Source: Candidatus Kerfeldbacteria bacterium (lineage in GTDB: Bacteria; Patescibacteriota; Patescibacteriia; JACPL01). From it: a stretch of DNA of 64,000 nt. The notes beneath the pieces were generated by a model. The model did no database searches. It was not told where the DNA came from and worked only from the letters and a program-made list of their open reading frames with translations. A program made the translations under genes and the position numbers. The DNA is taken from contig JACPGL010000029.1 of assembly GCA_016182525.1 (NCBI GenBank), positions 22,997 through 86,996 of the forward strand, in the 5' to 3' direction. Of this stretch, positions 30,106 to 43,690 are shown in pieces (the stretch's first letter is position 1; every line of letters starts with the position of its first letter).

Positions 30106-31143
30106 TTGTCTTCTTCCATGACGGTTACTTTTCTCACGTTCGGGCCATTTGAAACAGCGAGCACGCGATATCGCGTTCTCCAATTTCTTCCATATCTTGA
30201 GCTAGATGGAATACATTGCCGGACAGTATTGTATCTGGGGCATCATCGCTCACTCAATAATCTCGCGAAGGGTTGGTATCTTGTTCGAGCATTCGTCTTA
30301 TCGCTCCGAGCTGATGTTGTGTTTATCCAAAAAATTCTGCTCCCGTCGTGGTTCCTTAAGATTCTGCGGTTGATTTCAAAACGAATCGTGTATGGCGTTG
30401 ATGATGCAATGTGGCTTCCTGGGCCAAACGTAGCAGGGTTTTCTCGGGAGATTGTACAAAAAAGAGAAAAAAAATTTATCGCCGTCGTCAAGAACGTTCA
30501 TGAGGTCATTGTAGGGAATAATGATCTCAAACTCTTTGTTCAAAAATACCAGCCTCGGGTTCATCTTGTTCCCACATGCATCGACGACAGTCACTACCCC
30601 CAAGAACAAAAACCTCTTCCCAAGCGCTTTTGTGTTGGCTGGATTGGATCTTCCGCAAACTTTCCGTATCTCCAAAATCTTGAAAATGTTTTTGAAATTC
30701 TTTTTCAGAAGTATGGGGAAGAGGTTTATTTGAAAATCATTAGTGACCAACCGTTCGTTTCGACAAGCGGAATAGAAATCAAAACTGTAAAGTGGAACAG
30801 CGAAACAGAGATGAGAGAAATGCAAGAATTTTCCGTAGGTCTTATGCCTCTTCTCGACTCCGAGTGGGCGCGCGGCAAGTGCGGATTTAAGGCTCTTCAG
30901 TACATGGCGCTTGGCATCGTTCCGGTCGCCAGCCCTGTTGGGGTGAACACGAGAATTATTCAAGACGGGAAAACAGGATTTCTCCCTCAAACGCTAGATC
31001 AATGGCTGCATGCTCTCGAAACCCTCAAAAAATCTACGACTCTTCAAAAAGAAATGGGTGATCAAGCGCGCGAATTCTTTCGGAGTCACTATTCTCTTCC
31101 TGTAGTCTATCCCCTTCTTAAAAAGATTATCGACCGCTCATGA
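30106..31143 (+). CDS. Glycosyltransferase (GT4-like C-terminal domain)
   Basis: The C-terminal ARGKCGFKALQYMALGIVPVASPVGVNTRIIQDGKTGFL resembles GT-B donor-binding domains. Confidence 0.55.
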   Translation: MSSSMTVTFLTFGPFETASTRYRVLQFLPYLELDGIHCRTVLYLGHHRSLNNLAKGWYLVRAFVLSLRADVVFIQKILLPSWFLKILRLISKRIVYGVDDAMWLPGPNVAGFSREIVQKREKKFIAVVKNVHEVIVGNNDLKLFVQKYQPRVHLVPTCIDDSHYPQEQKPLPKRFCVGWIGSSANFPYLQNLENVFEILFQKYGEEVYLKIISDQPFVSTSGIEIKTVKWNSETEMREMQEFSVGLMPLLDSEWARGKCGFKALQYMALGIVPVASPVGVNTRIIQDGKTGFLPQTLDQWLHALETLKKSTTLQKEMGDQAREFFRSHYSLPVVYPLLKKIIDRS

Positions 31144-32360
31144 GCACAACACATCGTCCCTATCGGGTTCTCATGGTCATTCCGTTTGTGCGGCATATTG
31201 GCGGCATGGAACGGCAATCGCTTCAGCTTGCTCAGGCGCTTTCTCGGCGCGGAGTTGGGGTCACGTTCCTCACGACTGCACGGCTGTGGGAATTTTTTGG
31301 TTCAAAACCCGCGCGAGTGCACGGGGACATCGAAGGGTTCCCTGTTGTCACGATTCCCGGCGTCTACATTCCGATCATGAAAAATTTTCCTCTTGAATTT
31401 CTTCTCTGGGGAATGGCGTATCTCGCCTTTCATCGCCGATCATTCGATATTCTCCATGGGCACCAATTATTTTCTTCCGGAGTCGTTGTTGGAGCCGGGA
31501 CGCGCTTGTTTGGCATCCCTTCTCTTGTCAAACTTGCGCGCTCGGGCAAGCTCGGCGATGTGGAAGATGTCGAAACTCGTCCATTCCAGAGGATTAAAAA
31601 ATTCATTTTTCGTTCGATCACTCGTTTCATTGCCATGACGCCTGCCTTTGTCGAGGACCTGACACATTTCGGCATCGCACAAGAGAAGATTGCGCTCATC
31701 CCCAACGGCGTTGATACCGAGCGATTCGCCCCTCCGGCCTCTCGTGAACACAAAAATGAAATCCGTACACGCCTTGGTCTTCCGCTTGACCGGCCGATCG
31801 TGCTCATGGACTCGCGTCTTTCTCCTTCAAAACGCCCAGAACATGCGCTCGCGGCATGGAAGATCGTCCATGATGCTGAACCCAATGCCCTTCTTGTGGT
31901 GATCGGCCGCGGCGGATCACGGGAATCGCTGCCGCCTCATCTCACGATGTTTGTCCACAAACACGGGCTTGAAGCTTGCGTGGATTTCCGCGGCGTTGTG
32001 CCAAACCCCGAAGACTATGCAAAAGCCGCCGATCTGTTCACGCTCGGCTCGCGATCAGAAGGCATCAGCAATGCCCTGCTCCAAGCTGCCACAACGGAGT
32101 TAGGGATTGCGGTGCCAAACAATCCCGGAAATGCATCGGTTATTCAAGACGGCGTGAGCGGCATTCTTGCGGATCTTGATTCCCCTGAATCCCTTGCACG
32201 CGCGCTTCTTTTTCTCCTTCAAAATCCTGAACAAACAAAAACCATGGGCGAGCGCGCTCGCGAGCATGTTCAAAAACACTTTTCCTTTTCCTCTGTGTCT
32301 TCCGAATATCTGAATCTGTATCACGAACTCACTCGTGCGAACGTAAGTGCTTCTTCGTAA
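31140..32360 (+). CDS. GT4 glycosyltransferase
   Basis: VLMVIPFVRHIGGMERQSLQLAQAL is a GT4 N-terminus and a C-terminal GT-B domain is present. Confidence 0.8.
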   Translation: MSTTHRPYRVLMVIPFVRHIGGMERQSLQLAQALSRRGVGVTFLTTARLWEFFGSKPARVHGDIEGFPVVTIPGVYIPIMKNFPLEFLLWGMAYLAFHRRSFDILHGHQLFSSGVVVGAGTRLFGIPSLVKLARSGKLGDVEDVETRPFQRIKKFIFRSITRFIAMTPAFVEDLTHFGIAQEKIALIPNGVDTERFAPPASREHKNEIRTRLGLPLDRPIVLMDSRLSPSKRPEHALAAWKIVHDAEPNALLVVIGRGGSRESLPPHLTMFVHKHGLEACVDFRGVVPNPEDYAKAADLFTLGSRSEGISNALLQAATTELGIAVPNNPGNASVIQDGVSGILADLDSPESLARALLFLLQNPEQTKTMGERAREHVQKHFSFSSVSSEYLNLYHELTRANVSASS

Positions 32361-33430
32361 ATCTTTTTGTACGCGTGGATAATAAGCGGCCACGCATGCT
32401 GCTTTTCCAGTTTCTCACGAGCACGAGCACCATACTCCGTGCGAAGTTTTTCATTGGCAAGAAGTGTATTCACCGCGTGCGCAAGACGATCTGGATCATT
32501 CGATACAATGATCCCATGCCTCTGATCTTCGATCAAGTTTGACGCAGCAGCAGGAGTGACAACGCTCGGAATTCCCGAAGCCATTGCCTCCAACACCGAC
32601 AGTGGTTGACATTCGTCACGCGAAGGGAGCACGAACACTTGGGCGCTTTGATACAGATCGGCCATCTTGGCGTGTTCCACATTTTTGTGAAGCTCAATCT
32701 TTGCTTCGTGAAAGCGTTTCTGAAGACCAAGCTCAACGACGCGCGTTGCAACGATAACTTTTCCGTGGATCATCGGCGCGGCTTTCAGGAGGATATCAAT
32801 TCCCTTCATCACGCTCGCGCGCCCAACAAAAAGCACAATTGGTTCTTTGGACGGCTTTGGAGAAAAAAGCGCAGTATCGACCGGATTCGGAACAATCGAG
32901 ATCTGACTTGCAGGAATGCCATACCGATCGCGCAAAAAATCCGCCATGCTTTGTTTTAACACGACAAGCTTTTGCGCGCGTAAAAGACTGCGCTTTTCGA
33001 GCGTGCGGATGCGCGCGCGGATGAGCGGATTCACCACCGGCCAATATTTTGGAATACGCGCAACATTTTCGGCCATGTGGAGCCGGATTGCGTGAAGCGA
33101 TGTGACCACCGGAACAGGAGGTACACGTTCAGCAAACATCGTTGTCGCGCAGGTGTGAATAAGATCGAAATTCGGCGTAATCGTTTTCGCGATGAATCGC
33201 CCGAGTCGAGGAACCACCGTGATGTCGCGAACGTACGGGAAAAGCCGAAGCATTTCCGGTGCCCGAAACGCAAGACGATTCGAATCCTTTCCTGAATACG
33301 TGAAGGTCTCGGTTTGCACATCTGGCTCGAGATTTAGCCGTGACGCCAAGGCAAACATCGCCTCTTGCTCCCCTCCTTGACGCCGTGTCCCATACAACTC
33401 ATTCACAAACGCGACGCGGATCGGTTTCAT
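32321..33430 (-). CDS. GT4 glycosyltransferase
   Basis: The protein is 369 aa with the GT-B/GT4 EX7E region (VLPSRDECQPLSVLEAMASGIPSVV). Confidence 0.8.
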   Translation of the reverse strand: MKPIRVAFVNELYGTRRQGGEQEAMFALASRLNLEPDVQTETFTYSGKDSNRLAFRAPEMLRLFPYVRDITVVPRLGRFIAKTITPNFDLIHTCATTMFAERVPPVPVVTSLHAIRLHMAENVARIPKYWPVVNPLIRARIRTLEKRSLLRAQKLVVLKQSMADFLRDRYGIPASQISIVPNPVDTALFSPKPSKEPIVLFVGRASVMKGIDILLKAAPMIHGKVIVATRVVELGLQKRFHEAKIELHKNVEHAKMADLYQSAQVFVLPSRDECQPLSVLEAMASGIPSVVTPAAASNLIEDQRHGIIVSNDPDRLAHAVNTLLANEKLRTEYGARAREKLEKQHAWPLIIHAYKKIYEEALTFARVSS

Positions 33431-35451
33431 AAAGCTGTCTCCCCATCGTCAACGGTGATTGGCGCTGAATGAGGGATCGCGGAAGATTGAACACGAAACA
33501 GAAAATACGTTTCTTCCCGCTCCTCAATCTTTCGCGGCGGAGTATCTTTTTGATGCGTTCGAATTTTAAACACTGATAAATTGCGTTTCTCGTCATCGAC
33601 ATAGCTTGTAATCCACGTTGTGGGGATGAGATTCGGATAGGTCAGATTCCACTCTCGAACAAACTCAAGATCGCTATCATTGTAGAGAGGATGAACAAGA
33701 CTTCGACGTGAGCTCAAAATATACGCATCGTCAGATTCCGCAATGAGAGTGAAGAGTTCCTGCTCGCTCAATCCGTCCCAATTTGGAAGCGCGCGCACGT
33801 CATACAGATAGTGCAGCGCATACCCCCATTGCTGCCACCTCCAGCCCGGCTCCATAATCAAGAGATCGTTTGGCTTGAATTCACGAGCCAAACTTTGAAT
33901 CTGGGGTTGAACACCTTTATGATCCACATACAAAAGGAGCGGAGAGGAAATGGAAAGGTTCACAAGAACACCGATGACACCAACGAGAACGGCTTGTCGA
34001 ATATTTTTCACCCACGCGCTCACGCCGAGCGAGGCAAAAAGAAAAGAAAGCGGAACAATCGTCGCAATAAAACGCCGCATGAACCAGGGCTGGTCAACCG
34101 CAATGTGGGGATCGAGAACAAAGACAAAAGCCGGGAGAAGGAGGATAAGCGGAACCCACCAGGTCTTTAATACTCGACGAGCGAACAGAGCGAGAACTCC
34201 AATAACGCTCCACGGCAAGACAAGATAATAGAATAGATTCTCAAACACAAACTGGGTTTTGAGATAGGTCCAGTCGATCGTTTCAATGCGCCGGAGATAC
34301 GGCACAAACCAGAGTTCAAAGAGAGCTGCTGCAACGAGAACAAGGACAATCCCGATATCAACGCGCGACCAGTTTTTCGAAAATCGTTTTTCAAAGATGC
34401 GGCGAAGGGGAAACGAAAGGCCACAGAGCGCCACGAGGACTGCCGAGACGCCAATGATATGGGCTCCAAAAAGTGTACCGATAGCACCAGTTGCCGCGCG
34501 AGAGGTATACTCAGTTAAATGACTCGAGAAACGCTCGGTATACTCGCGAGAAAGGATGTACGGCGCAAAAGCGGCAATGCCAATTATCGCGCTTTGGAGA
34601 CTCTGCCGCCGATCGCCACTCTTAAAGCGCATGATCCACAGGCCAAGGACGAGAAGCGCCGCCATGGCCAGATACGCAACCCCCTCACCGCGAATAAGGG
34701 TACTCATGGCGATAGGGAAAAGGCCAAAGCTCGCAAAGCGAAGGTCTTTTTCTTGAACCCCACGGACGATGAACAATACCCCGAGCCACAAGCACAACGC
34801 AAAAAGATTCTCAGAAACCGTTCGCCGCGGAAACCACTGCATGAGATAGGTTGTGGAGAGAAAAAGCACCGTAAATAATCCCGCACGATCTGAATGAAGA
34901 CGCCGGCTAAGAGCGAACATCACGAGCAGAAAAACACCCGCAAGGAGGCCATTCGCAACAAGCGCGCCTTCAAGACCGCCAAAAAGAATCCATGACGCAA
35001 GATACACCACATACCCGGGAAGAAACTGCGATGTGAAAACGTCACCCTCTACCACCCGAAAAGGATGATACGGCCGAGAGATGACATCCTCAAATGCCAG
35101 ACTCCTGCTTTCCACAACCTTGACTGCGGCAGTTAGATAGCCCATGTCATCGCGACCCAGTGGAAGATCGTGGTGAAAAACAGATGTCAAAAGCGCAAAT
35201 GTCAAGATAATGAATCCGCTCGCAATGTCTGTGCGCGAAAGTCTCCACGACAAACCGCGCCTCATCCAAACGAAAAGAGCAACGGCGCCCACGCCTATAG
35301 CGAAAAAAGCGGCGGCAACAGCCGTCTTTTCAAAGACTCCGAGAACGGCAAAAAGCACACCAATGCCAACAAACAAGGCAACAGCAGATCCTGCCACGAG
35401 GGCGAGATCTTCAATGAGATGTCGTGGATGGGATGAGGCGGTTGAAGGCAT
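33427..35451 (-). CDS. Polytopic membrane protein (~13 TM), putative GT-C-fold glycosyltransferase/polymerase
   Basis: It has multiple TM helices and a first-loop acidic motif (LGRDDMGYLTAAVKV) reminiscent of GT-C DD/DE loop-1 motifs. The ATG at 35449-35451 was used as the start; the listed ORF starts at a TTG. Confidence 0.4.
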   Translation of the reverse strand: MPSTASSHPRHLIEDLALVAGSAVALFVGIGVLFAVLGVFEKTAVAAAFFAIGVGAVALFVWMRRGLSWRLSRTDIASGFIILTFALLTSVFHHDLPLGRDDMGYLTAAVKVVESRSLAFEDVISRPYHPFRVVEGDVFTSQFLPGYVVYLASWILFGGLEGALVANGLLAGVFLLVMFALSRRLHSDRAGLFTVLFLSTTYLMQWFPRRTVSENLFALCLWLGVLFIVRGVQEKDLRFASFGLFPIAMSTLIRGEGVAYLAMAALLVLGLWIMRFKSGDRRQSLQSAIIGIAAFAPYILSREYTERFSSHLTEYTSRAATGAIGTLFGAHIIGVSAVLVALCGLSFPLRRIFEKRFSKNWSRVDIGIVLVLVAAALFELWFVPYLRRIETIDWTYLKTQFVFENLFYYLVLPWSVIGVLALFARRVLKTWWVPLILLLPAFVFVLDPHIAVDQPWFMRRFIATIVPLSFLFASLGVSAWVKNIRQAVLVGVIGVLVNLSISSPLLLYVDHKGVQPQIQSLAREFKPNDLLIMEPGWRWQQWGYALHYLYDVRALPNWDGLSEQELFTLIAESDDAYILSSRRSLVHPLYNDSDLEFVREWNLTYPNLIPTTWITSYVDDEKRNLSVFKIRTHQKDTPPRKIEEREETYFLFRVQSSAIPHSAPITVDDGETAL

Positions 35452-36493
35452 CGAGATATCGTTCAACAATGATTGACCAATTATAGTGTTCACGTACAAA
35501 TATTTCAGCTTCAGTTCTGATAACTACAAGAGAAGAAGGATTTGCTGCAAAGTCCGCGATTCGCTGGCGAAAGGCGCCGGCATCCCCCGCTTCCACAAGC
35601 CAACCGCTCTTCCCTTCTTTCACGGCATCGCGTATCCCTTCGATATTGGATGCCAGAACCGGCAGCCCGCTGGCTCCAGCTTCGATTGCAACAATACCAA
35701 ACCCCTCGGCATCACCCGGCACAAGAATGTTCGGCATCACAAAAAGATCAGCAGTGCGGTAGATCATTCGAAGCCGCTCGCGACTCACTCCGCCAAGCAG
35801 CTTCACTCGATCGCCGAGGTTCCTTTTGTGTATCTCGCGTTGGATCGAAGGCGCCATCGGGCCTTTCCCGAGCACAAGGTAGATGACGGATTCCGGCAAC
35901 TTCGGCATCACGGTTTTCACAAACCACAGCACTCCTTTTCGCTGAACCAGTCGGCCCGTGGTGATGCACACAAATCGCTCGCTCGTTGGCATCCCGAGAA
36001 AATCGGAAAGCTCGCGCCGTTCATATGTTCTGCTCCAGTCCTCGATATCAACTCCGACAGGGATGACGACGCGCGGCTCCAAGCCCCACTTTTTCGCAAG
36101 CCGTTCTGTTGAAGAGCTGATGCAGATATACAGATCAAAGGATCGAATGCACCAGCGTATATAGCGCTGATACAGGGGATTCGGGTAGGTCAGCTCAAGC
36201 CCATGAACGGTCGTCGCAATTTTCTTCCGCGGATAGACGCGCTTCATGACCCACGCAATAATCGAAAGAACAGGATCGCCAATATGGATCATATCATACC
36301 GGCGGGCTGAAAACAACGCATAGAGCATCACGGCGATCGTAAAAAACGGCAGCCATATTTGAGAATGGCGCCATGCAATAATCGTCTTTTCACATGGGAT
36401 CTTTTGGGTAAGGTGGTAACTTAACTGCTCCATCCCGCCGATTCGGGGGGGATACTTTCGGGTGATAAAAAGAACGCGCAGTGGACGAGTCAT
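35411..36493 (-). CDS. GT4 glycosyltransferase
   Basis: MTRPLRVLFITRKYPPRIGGMEQ is a GT4 N-terminus. The ATG at 36491-36493 has a GGAGG Shine-Dalgarno 8 nt upstream. An ATGA overlap links it to the upstream gene. Confidence 0.8.
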   Translation of the reverse strand: MTRPLRVLFITRKYPPRIGGMEQLSYHLTQKIPCEKTIIAWRHSQIWLPFFTIAVMLYALFSARRYDMIHIGDPVLSIIAWVMKRVYPRKKIATTVHGLELTYPNPLYQRYIRWCIRSFDLYICISSSTERLAKKWGLEPRVVIPVGVDIEDWSRTYERRELSDFLGMPTSERFVCITTGRLVQRKGVLWFVKTVMPKLPESVIYLVLGKGPMAPSIQREIHKRNLGDRVKLLGGVSRERLRMIYRTADLFVMPNILVPGDAEGFGIVAIEAGASGLPVLASNIEGIRDAVKEGKSGWLVEAGDAGAFRQRIADFAANPSSLVVIRTEAEIFVREHYNWSIIVERYLDAFNRLIPSTTSH

Positions 36494-37401
36494 TTTGTAT
36501 TCCTCCAATACGCCAACACATCGGCGACCGTCTGCTCAAATGGAATCACCGGCCGCCATCCTGTCTCATTTTGAATTTTTGATGGATCACCGAACCGAAT
36601 CGGGCAGTCAACGGGTCGAAAGAGCGCAGGATCCGATTCTACAGTGATTGTGGTGGTTGACAACCCGAGCATCATCTCTAACACATCGCTGATCTTTCGA
36701 GGAATACTACTGCAGACGTTATACATCTCATGGGACTTCCCGTTCTCGAGAAGAAGCCGATAGGCACGAACGACATCGCGAACATCAGAAAAATCTCGCT
36801 CGGGGGCAAGATTTCCAACGCGTAAAATCGGCTCGTGTTCTCCACGCTCGATCTTCACAATTTCCGAAGCAAAATAGGGAATCACGAAGGGAGGAGGCTG
36901 TGTCGGCCCTGTATGATTAAAAGCGCGCGCGACAACTATTTCAAGATCCGTTGCTTCCTGCACAAGACGCTCTTGCTCAACGCGCGACTTGGCGTATGGT
37001 GAATCACCTCCGATGGGATCAGTCTCTACGGCTCCGCGATCAAAAGTCTCCAAATAAAGCTCTCCCGAACTCACAACAAGAATTCGTGAAGGCTTCGACA
37101 AGCTCCGCGCGGCCTCAAGGATATTCCGTGTTCCCTCAACATTGATCGCAAACGTCTCCTCGGGACGCTTCCAACTTTCTGCAACCGAACTGAAACCAGC
37201 GAGATGGAGCACAACGTCTGGTTGGGCATCCTGAAACGCTCGCTCGACAACGAGAGTATCTCGAATATCGCCACAGTATGTATGGCACACCGCACTCTCG
37301 TTACGATCAAACCCAACCACACGCGCTCCTGTTTTTGCAAATTCAGCGGCAGCATAGGGCCCGACAAATCCCGCGACTCCGGTAATGAGAACCGTCTTCA
37401 T
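36490..37401 (-). CDS. NAD-dependent epimerase/reductase; candidate GDP-4-keto-6-deoxy-D-mannose reductase (Rmd-like) partner of Gmd
   Basis: MKTVLITGVAGFVGPY is an SDR N-terminus. It lies immediately downstream of gmd. The ATG at 37399-37401 was used as the start. Confidence 0.5.
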   Translation of the reverse strand: MKTVLITGVAGFVGPYAAAEFAKTGARVVGFDRNESAVCHTYCGDIRDTLVVERAFQDAQPDVVLHLAGFSSVAESWKRPEETFAINVEGTRNILEAARSLSKPSRILVVSSGELYLETFDRGAVETDPIGGDSPYAKSRVEQERLVQEATDLEIVVARAFNHTGPTQPPPFVIPYFASEIVKIERGEHEPILRVGNLAPERDFSDVRDVVRAYRLLLENGKSHEMYNVCSSIPRKISDVLEMMLGLSTTTITVESDPALFRPVDCPIRFGDPSKIQNETGWRPVIPFEQTVADVLAYWRNTK

Positions 37402-37402
37402 A

Positions 37403-39332
<1,930 letters not shown>

Positions 39333-39336
<4 letters not shown>

Positions 39337-40625
39337 CGTCCGATGCTTACATATTCAAATCCGAGCGAGCGCATTTTCTCTGGAGAAAAAACATTTCGGC
39401 CATCAACCATTTTCGGCGATTTCATAAGCGACTTCACTTTGGCAAGATCAATCTGGCAAAACTCATCCCATTCGGTGAGAAGAAGCACGACATCAACATT
39501 TTCGACTGCGTCGTAAGCGCTCTTCACATATTCTACATTGGGAAAATGTTTGGCACATTCGGTTTCAGCAACTGGATCGAACGCGACAATCTCCGCACCT
39601 TCTTGCGTCAGTTCTTCAAGGACAACGAGCGAAACGGCATCACGCATATCATCCGTTTTCGGCTTAAAAGCTAAGCCCCATACTCCAATTCGTTTCCCTC
39701 GTATATCTCCGACCAGTGATCGTAATTTGTCAACAACTGATTGCTTCTGGGATTCATTGACCTCTTCAACAGCCTTGAGAATCGAGAAATCATACTTAGC
39801 GAGCGTCGCGATGCGAATCAACGCTTTCACATCTTTCGGGAAACAGCTCCCGCCATATCCGGCGCCCGCGCTTACAAAAGCATGTTTCCCAATACGCTTG
39901 TCGTATCGCATGCCTTCAGAAACCATTTCAACATCTGCGCCCACGCGCTCACAAATATTTGCAACGCTGTTCATGAACGAAATGGACGCCGCCAAAAAGG
40001 AATTGGAAGCATACTTAATCATCTCCGCACTTTTGACATCCGTGAAAATAATGGGGCAGTCAAGAGGTTTATACAGTTCCTGAATAATGGACTTCGCACG
40101 TCCATTGTTCGTACTTCCGATCACCACACGATCAGGATGGAGGCAATCTTGCACTGCCGATCCTTCGCGTAAAAATTCGGGATTTGAAACAACCTCAAAT
40201 TCTCCGTCGTAGTACTTTCGAATAATGTCGTGGACAATGTCCCCTGTTCCAACCGGAACCGTACTCTTATTCACAATCACTTTAGAGCCGTTCATGTGTT
40301 TTCCAATCTCTTCGGCAACGGCACGAACATACTGGAGATCGGCTTGGCCATCTTTGTCAGATGGCGTACCCACCGCAATGAAAATAATGTCCGACGCCCG
40401 TACAGCCTCGCCAGTGTTTGTCGTAAAGGTCAATCGCCCATCTTTCGCATTCCGATGAACAAGCTCCTCCAAACCCGGCTCATAAATGGGGATAACCCCT
40501 TCCTCTTTGAGTTTGCGGATCTTTTCTTTGTCAATGTCAACGGTGATCACATCATTTCCAAGTTCCGCAAAAATTGTTCCGGTGACAAGCCCCACGTACC
40601 CAGTTCCAATGACAGCAAGTTTCAT
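39333..40625 (-). CDS. ugd: UDP-glucose 6-dehydrogenase
   Basis: [16 protein letters not shown] is a Rossmann motif, followed by the UDPG/GDPM dehydrogenase central and C-terminal domains. Length is 430 aa. Confidence 0.9.
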
Positions 40626-41548
40626 AGTGCGTTTTGAAAATACTCAATCATCTTTGGGAGTCCCTCCTCAAGTGTCGTTGTTGGTTTCCAACCAAGTTTT
40701 TTTGTGGCAAGAGCAATATCCGGGCGTCGCTGTTTCGGATCATCACCAAGAGCCGGTTTATGCTCGATTCTGGAACGCGAATGAGTGAGACGCTTCACCG
40801 TGTTTGCAAGATCGTTGATGGAAATTTCCTCGGGGTTCCCAAGATTCACCGGCGTCGTTACTCTTTCGGTGTTCATGAGACGGATAAGGCCGCGAACCAT
40901 ATCATCAATGTAGCAAAAACTTCGTGTCTGATTCCCATTTCCATAAATCACAAGCGGTTTCCCTTGAAGCGCGTTTGGAACAAAATTTGTGAGGACGCGA
41001 CCGTCATTCAACGCCATGCGTGAACCATACGTGTTAAAAATCCGCGCAATCCGAATATCCACTTGACTCTGGGTATGGTACGCGATCATGAGACTTTCCG
41101 CAACGCGCTTTCCTTCATCGTAGCAACTACGAGGCCCGATGGGGTTCACATGACCCCAATAGGACTCCTTTTGCGGATGCTCTTCGGGGTCGCCATAGAC
41201 TTCTGATGTTGATGCTTGCAGGATGCGCGCGCCGCATCGTTTGGCAAGGCCGAGCATATTCACCATGGCCACTGTCCCCATTTTGATTGTTCGCACGGGG
41301 TTCTCTTGATAATGCACAGGCGATGCCGGACACGCGAGGTTATAGATTTGGTCGACTTCGAGGTACAACGGCATGGTGGTGTCGTGGCGAATCAGTTCAA
41401 ACCGCGGATTATCGAGAAGATGGAGGATGTTTTTTTTTGATCCTGTAAAATAATTGTCGACGCAAATAACCTCATGACCGTCATGTAAGAGACGTTCCGA
41501 GAGATGCGATCCAATAAATCCGGCGCCGCCGGTGACAAGTATTTTCAT
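40622..41548 (-). CDS. uxs: UDP-glucuronate decarboxylase (UDP-xylose synthase)
   Basis: [11 protein letters not shown]...[10 protein letters not shown]...[29 protein letters not shown]...[41 protein letters not shown] is the UXS family signature. The start was taken at the ATG at 41548. Confidence 0.85.
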   Translation of the reverse strand: MKILVTGGAGFIGSHLSERLLHDGHEVICVDNYFTGSKKNILHLLDNPRFELIRHDTTMPLYLEVDQIYNLACPASPVHYQENPVRTIKMGTVAMVNMLGLAKRCGARILQASTSEVYGDPEEHPQKESYWGHVNPIGPRSCYDEGKRVAESLMIAYHTQSQVDIRIARIFNTYGSRMALNDGRVLTNFVPNALQGKPLVIYGNGNQTRSFCYIDDMVRGLIRLMNTERVTTPVNLGNPEEISINDLANTVKRLTHSRSRIEHKPALGDDPKQRRPDIALATKKLGWKPTTTLEEGLPKMIEYFQNAL

Positions 41549-42489
41549 AGAGAAGGTTTTTCGGATATCGTATTCTTTTGAAACCACTCAACCGTTTTAC
41601 GAATTCCCTCGTCTAATGCAACCTGTGGTTCCCAACCGAGCTCTTTTCTCGCACATGCAACGAGAACTGCGCTTCTGCGCTGTTCGCCAGGTTTTTCTGG
41701 CCCATACTCCTCTTGCACATCGGATCGGGTCGCCTTTTTTACTTCCCTAAAGATGTCGTTCACCGATGTTTCAATCTCTGTGCCAACATTGTACATTCCT
41801 TCTTTTTCCGAATCCATAGCGCAAAGATTCGCACTCACCACATCAGACACATACACGAAATCTCTCGTGTTATTGCCATCTCCATTGATTACTGGCTGTT
41901 CATTCTCAAGCATTTTTTTGACAAAGATCGCGACAACACCAGCTTCGCCGTACGGATCTTGGCGAGGGCCATACACATTTGCGTAGCGAAGAATCACCGG
42001 AAGCGGCCCGCCAAGAGCAGCGTAACAGCGCGCATAATATTCGCCGGCAAGCTTTGACGTACCGTAAGTAGAGACAGGTGCACAAGGTGTATCTTCGGGA
42101 GTCGGCAACACAGACACATCTCCATACACCGCGCCGCCAGTGGATGAGTAAATCATTTTTTGCACACCCGCTGATTTTGCGCACTCCAACAGATTGACCG
42201 TTCCTTCGATATTGATGCGAAGATCATTCACCGGGTCGGTGACAGAATCCCGCACGCTTTTTTGCGCTGCAAGATGGAACACAACATCGGGGCGAAAGCG
42301 GTTGAACACATCGACAAGAAAAGCTTTATCAACAATATCCACCTTGAAAAATTCCGCCTGCGCGTTGACATACTCTTTCTTGCCTGAAGAGAGATTGTCA
42401 ACAACCGCAACCGTGTCTCCACGCTGAACAAGCGCATCCACCACATGAGAACCGATAAATCCTGCTCCTCCGGTGACAAGCACGTTCAT
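41545..42489 (-). CDS. UDP-hexose/pentose 4-epimerase (GalE family)
   Basis: [20 protein letters not shown] ... [11 protein letters not shown] ... YxxxK context is an SDR extended-family GalE-like sequence. Confidence 0.75.
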   Translation of the reverse strand: MNVLVTGGAGFIGSHVVDALVQRGDTVAVVDNLSSGKKEYVNAQAEFFKVDIVDKAFLVDVFNRFRPDVVFHLAAQKSVRDSVTDPVNDLRINIEGTVNLLECAKSAGVQKMIYSSTGGAVYGDVSVLPTPEDTPCAPVSTYGTSKLAGEYYARCYAALGGPLPVILRYANVYGPRQDPYGEAGVVAIFVKKMLENEQPVINGDGNNTRDFVYVSDVVSANLCAMDSEKEGMYNVGTEIETSVNDIFREVKKATRSDVQEEYGPEKPGEQRRSAVLVACARKELGWEPQVALDEGIRKTVEWFQKNTISEKPSL

Positions 42490-42492
42490 AAT

Positions 42493-43650
42493 CTACCCGA
42501 GGTATGCTTTTAGAACATCGACTTGATCGGTTTTTTCCCATGTGAAATCTGCGTCATTGCGTCCGAAATGGCCATAGGCAGCGGTCTTTTGATAGATCGG
42601 CCTCTTGAGTTTAAGGTGTTTGATAATTCCGCGCGGCGTCAACGGGAAGTGCTTCTCGACAATTTCAGCAATGTTCTCTTCGGGCAGTTTGCCTGTCCCG
42701 AATGTGGTCACAAACACCGACACCGGTTTGGCAACGCCGATAGAATACGAGAGTTGGATTTCACACTTTTCGGCAAGTCCGGCCGCAACCACATTTTTGG
42801 CAATATAGCGGGCCATGTACGCCGCCGAACGATCGACTTTTGACGGATCCTTTCCTGAAAAACATCCTCCTCCATGGCGTGCATACCCGCCGTATGTGTC
42901 TACGATAATCTTGCGACCGGTCAGCCCTGTGTCCGCTTCTGGCCCTCCAACAATAAAGACACCGGTTTCGTTGATAAAGACTTTTGTTTCATCATCCATC
43001 CATTTTCCACACACCGGTTGAATCACTTCTTTCTTGATATCAGAGATGATCTGCTCACGAGACACTTCGGGATTGTGGTGAACGGCAATCACGACTGCAC
43101 GCACGCGCGTCGGTTTGCCATCCACATATTCAACCGTGACCTGCGATTTACCGTCCGGGCGAACCCATGGCAAGATTCCTTTTTTTCGAACTTCGGACAA
43201 TCGCATGGTTAATCCATGCGCAAGCGAAATCGGCAAGGGCATAAGCTCCGGCGTTTCATTGCAGGCAAATCCAAACATCAAGCCTTGATCTCCTGCTCCC
43301 TGCTCGTGATCAGAGCTTTCATTCACACCAACCGCGATGTTCTGGCTCTGTTCATGAATGCTCGTCAACACTCCGCAGTCATAACAGTCAAGGCCGAATT
43401 CTGGATTGGTGTATCCAATGTCTTTGAGCGTTCGGCGCACAAGCCCCTGAATATCGACATACGCATTTGTCGTGACTTCACCTCCGACAACAACAAGACC
43501 CGTCGTGGTAAAACACTCAACCGCGACTCGGGAGTTTGGATCCTTTTCCAAGAGCGCGTCGAGAACGGCGTCTGAAATCTGATCGCAAATCTTATCCGGG
43601 TGCCCCTCGGTCACCGATTCTGAAGTAAAGATGGAAGATGCATGAGCCAT
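42493..43650 (-). CDS. metK: S-adenosylmethionine synthase
   Basis: [25 protein letters not shown] and the [16 protein letters not shown]-like motif are canonical MetK sequences. Confidence 0.95.
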   Translation of the reverse strand: MAHASSIFTSESVTEGHPDKICDQISDAVLDALLEKDPNSRVAVECFTTTGLVVVGGEVTTNAYVDIQGLVRRTLKDIGYTNPEFGLDCYDCGVLTSIHEQSQNIAVGVNESSDHEQGAGDQGLMFGFACNETPELMPLPISLAHGLTMRLSEVRKKGILPWVRPDGKSQVTVEYVDGKPTRVRAVVIAVHHNPEVSREQIISDIKKEVIQPVCGKWMDDETKVFINETGVFIVGGPEADTGLTGRKIIVDTYGGYARHGGGCFSGKDPSKVDRSAAYMARYIAKNVVAAGLAEKCEIQLSYSIGVAKPVSVFVTTFGTGKLPEENIAEIVEKHFPLTPRGIIKHLKLKRPIYQKTAAYGHFGRNDADFTWEKTDQVDVLKAYLG

Positions 43651-43690
43651 AGAGAGATAAAAAAATAGGAATCAAATGCGAAGAATACAA

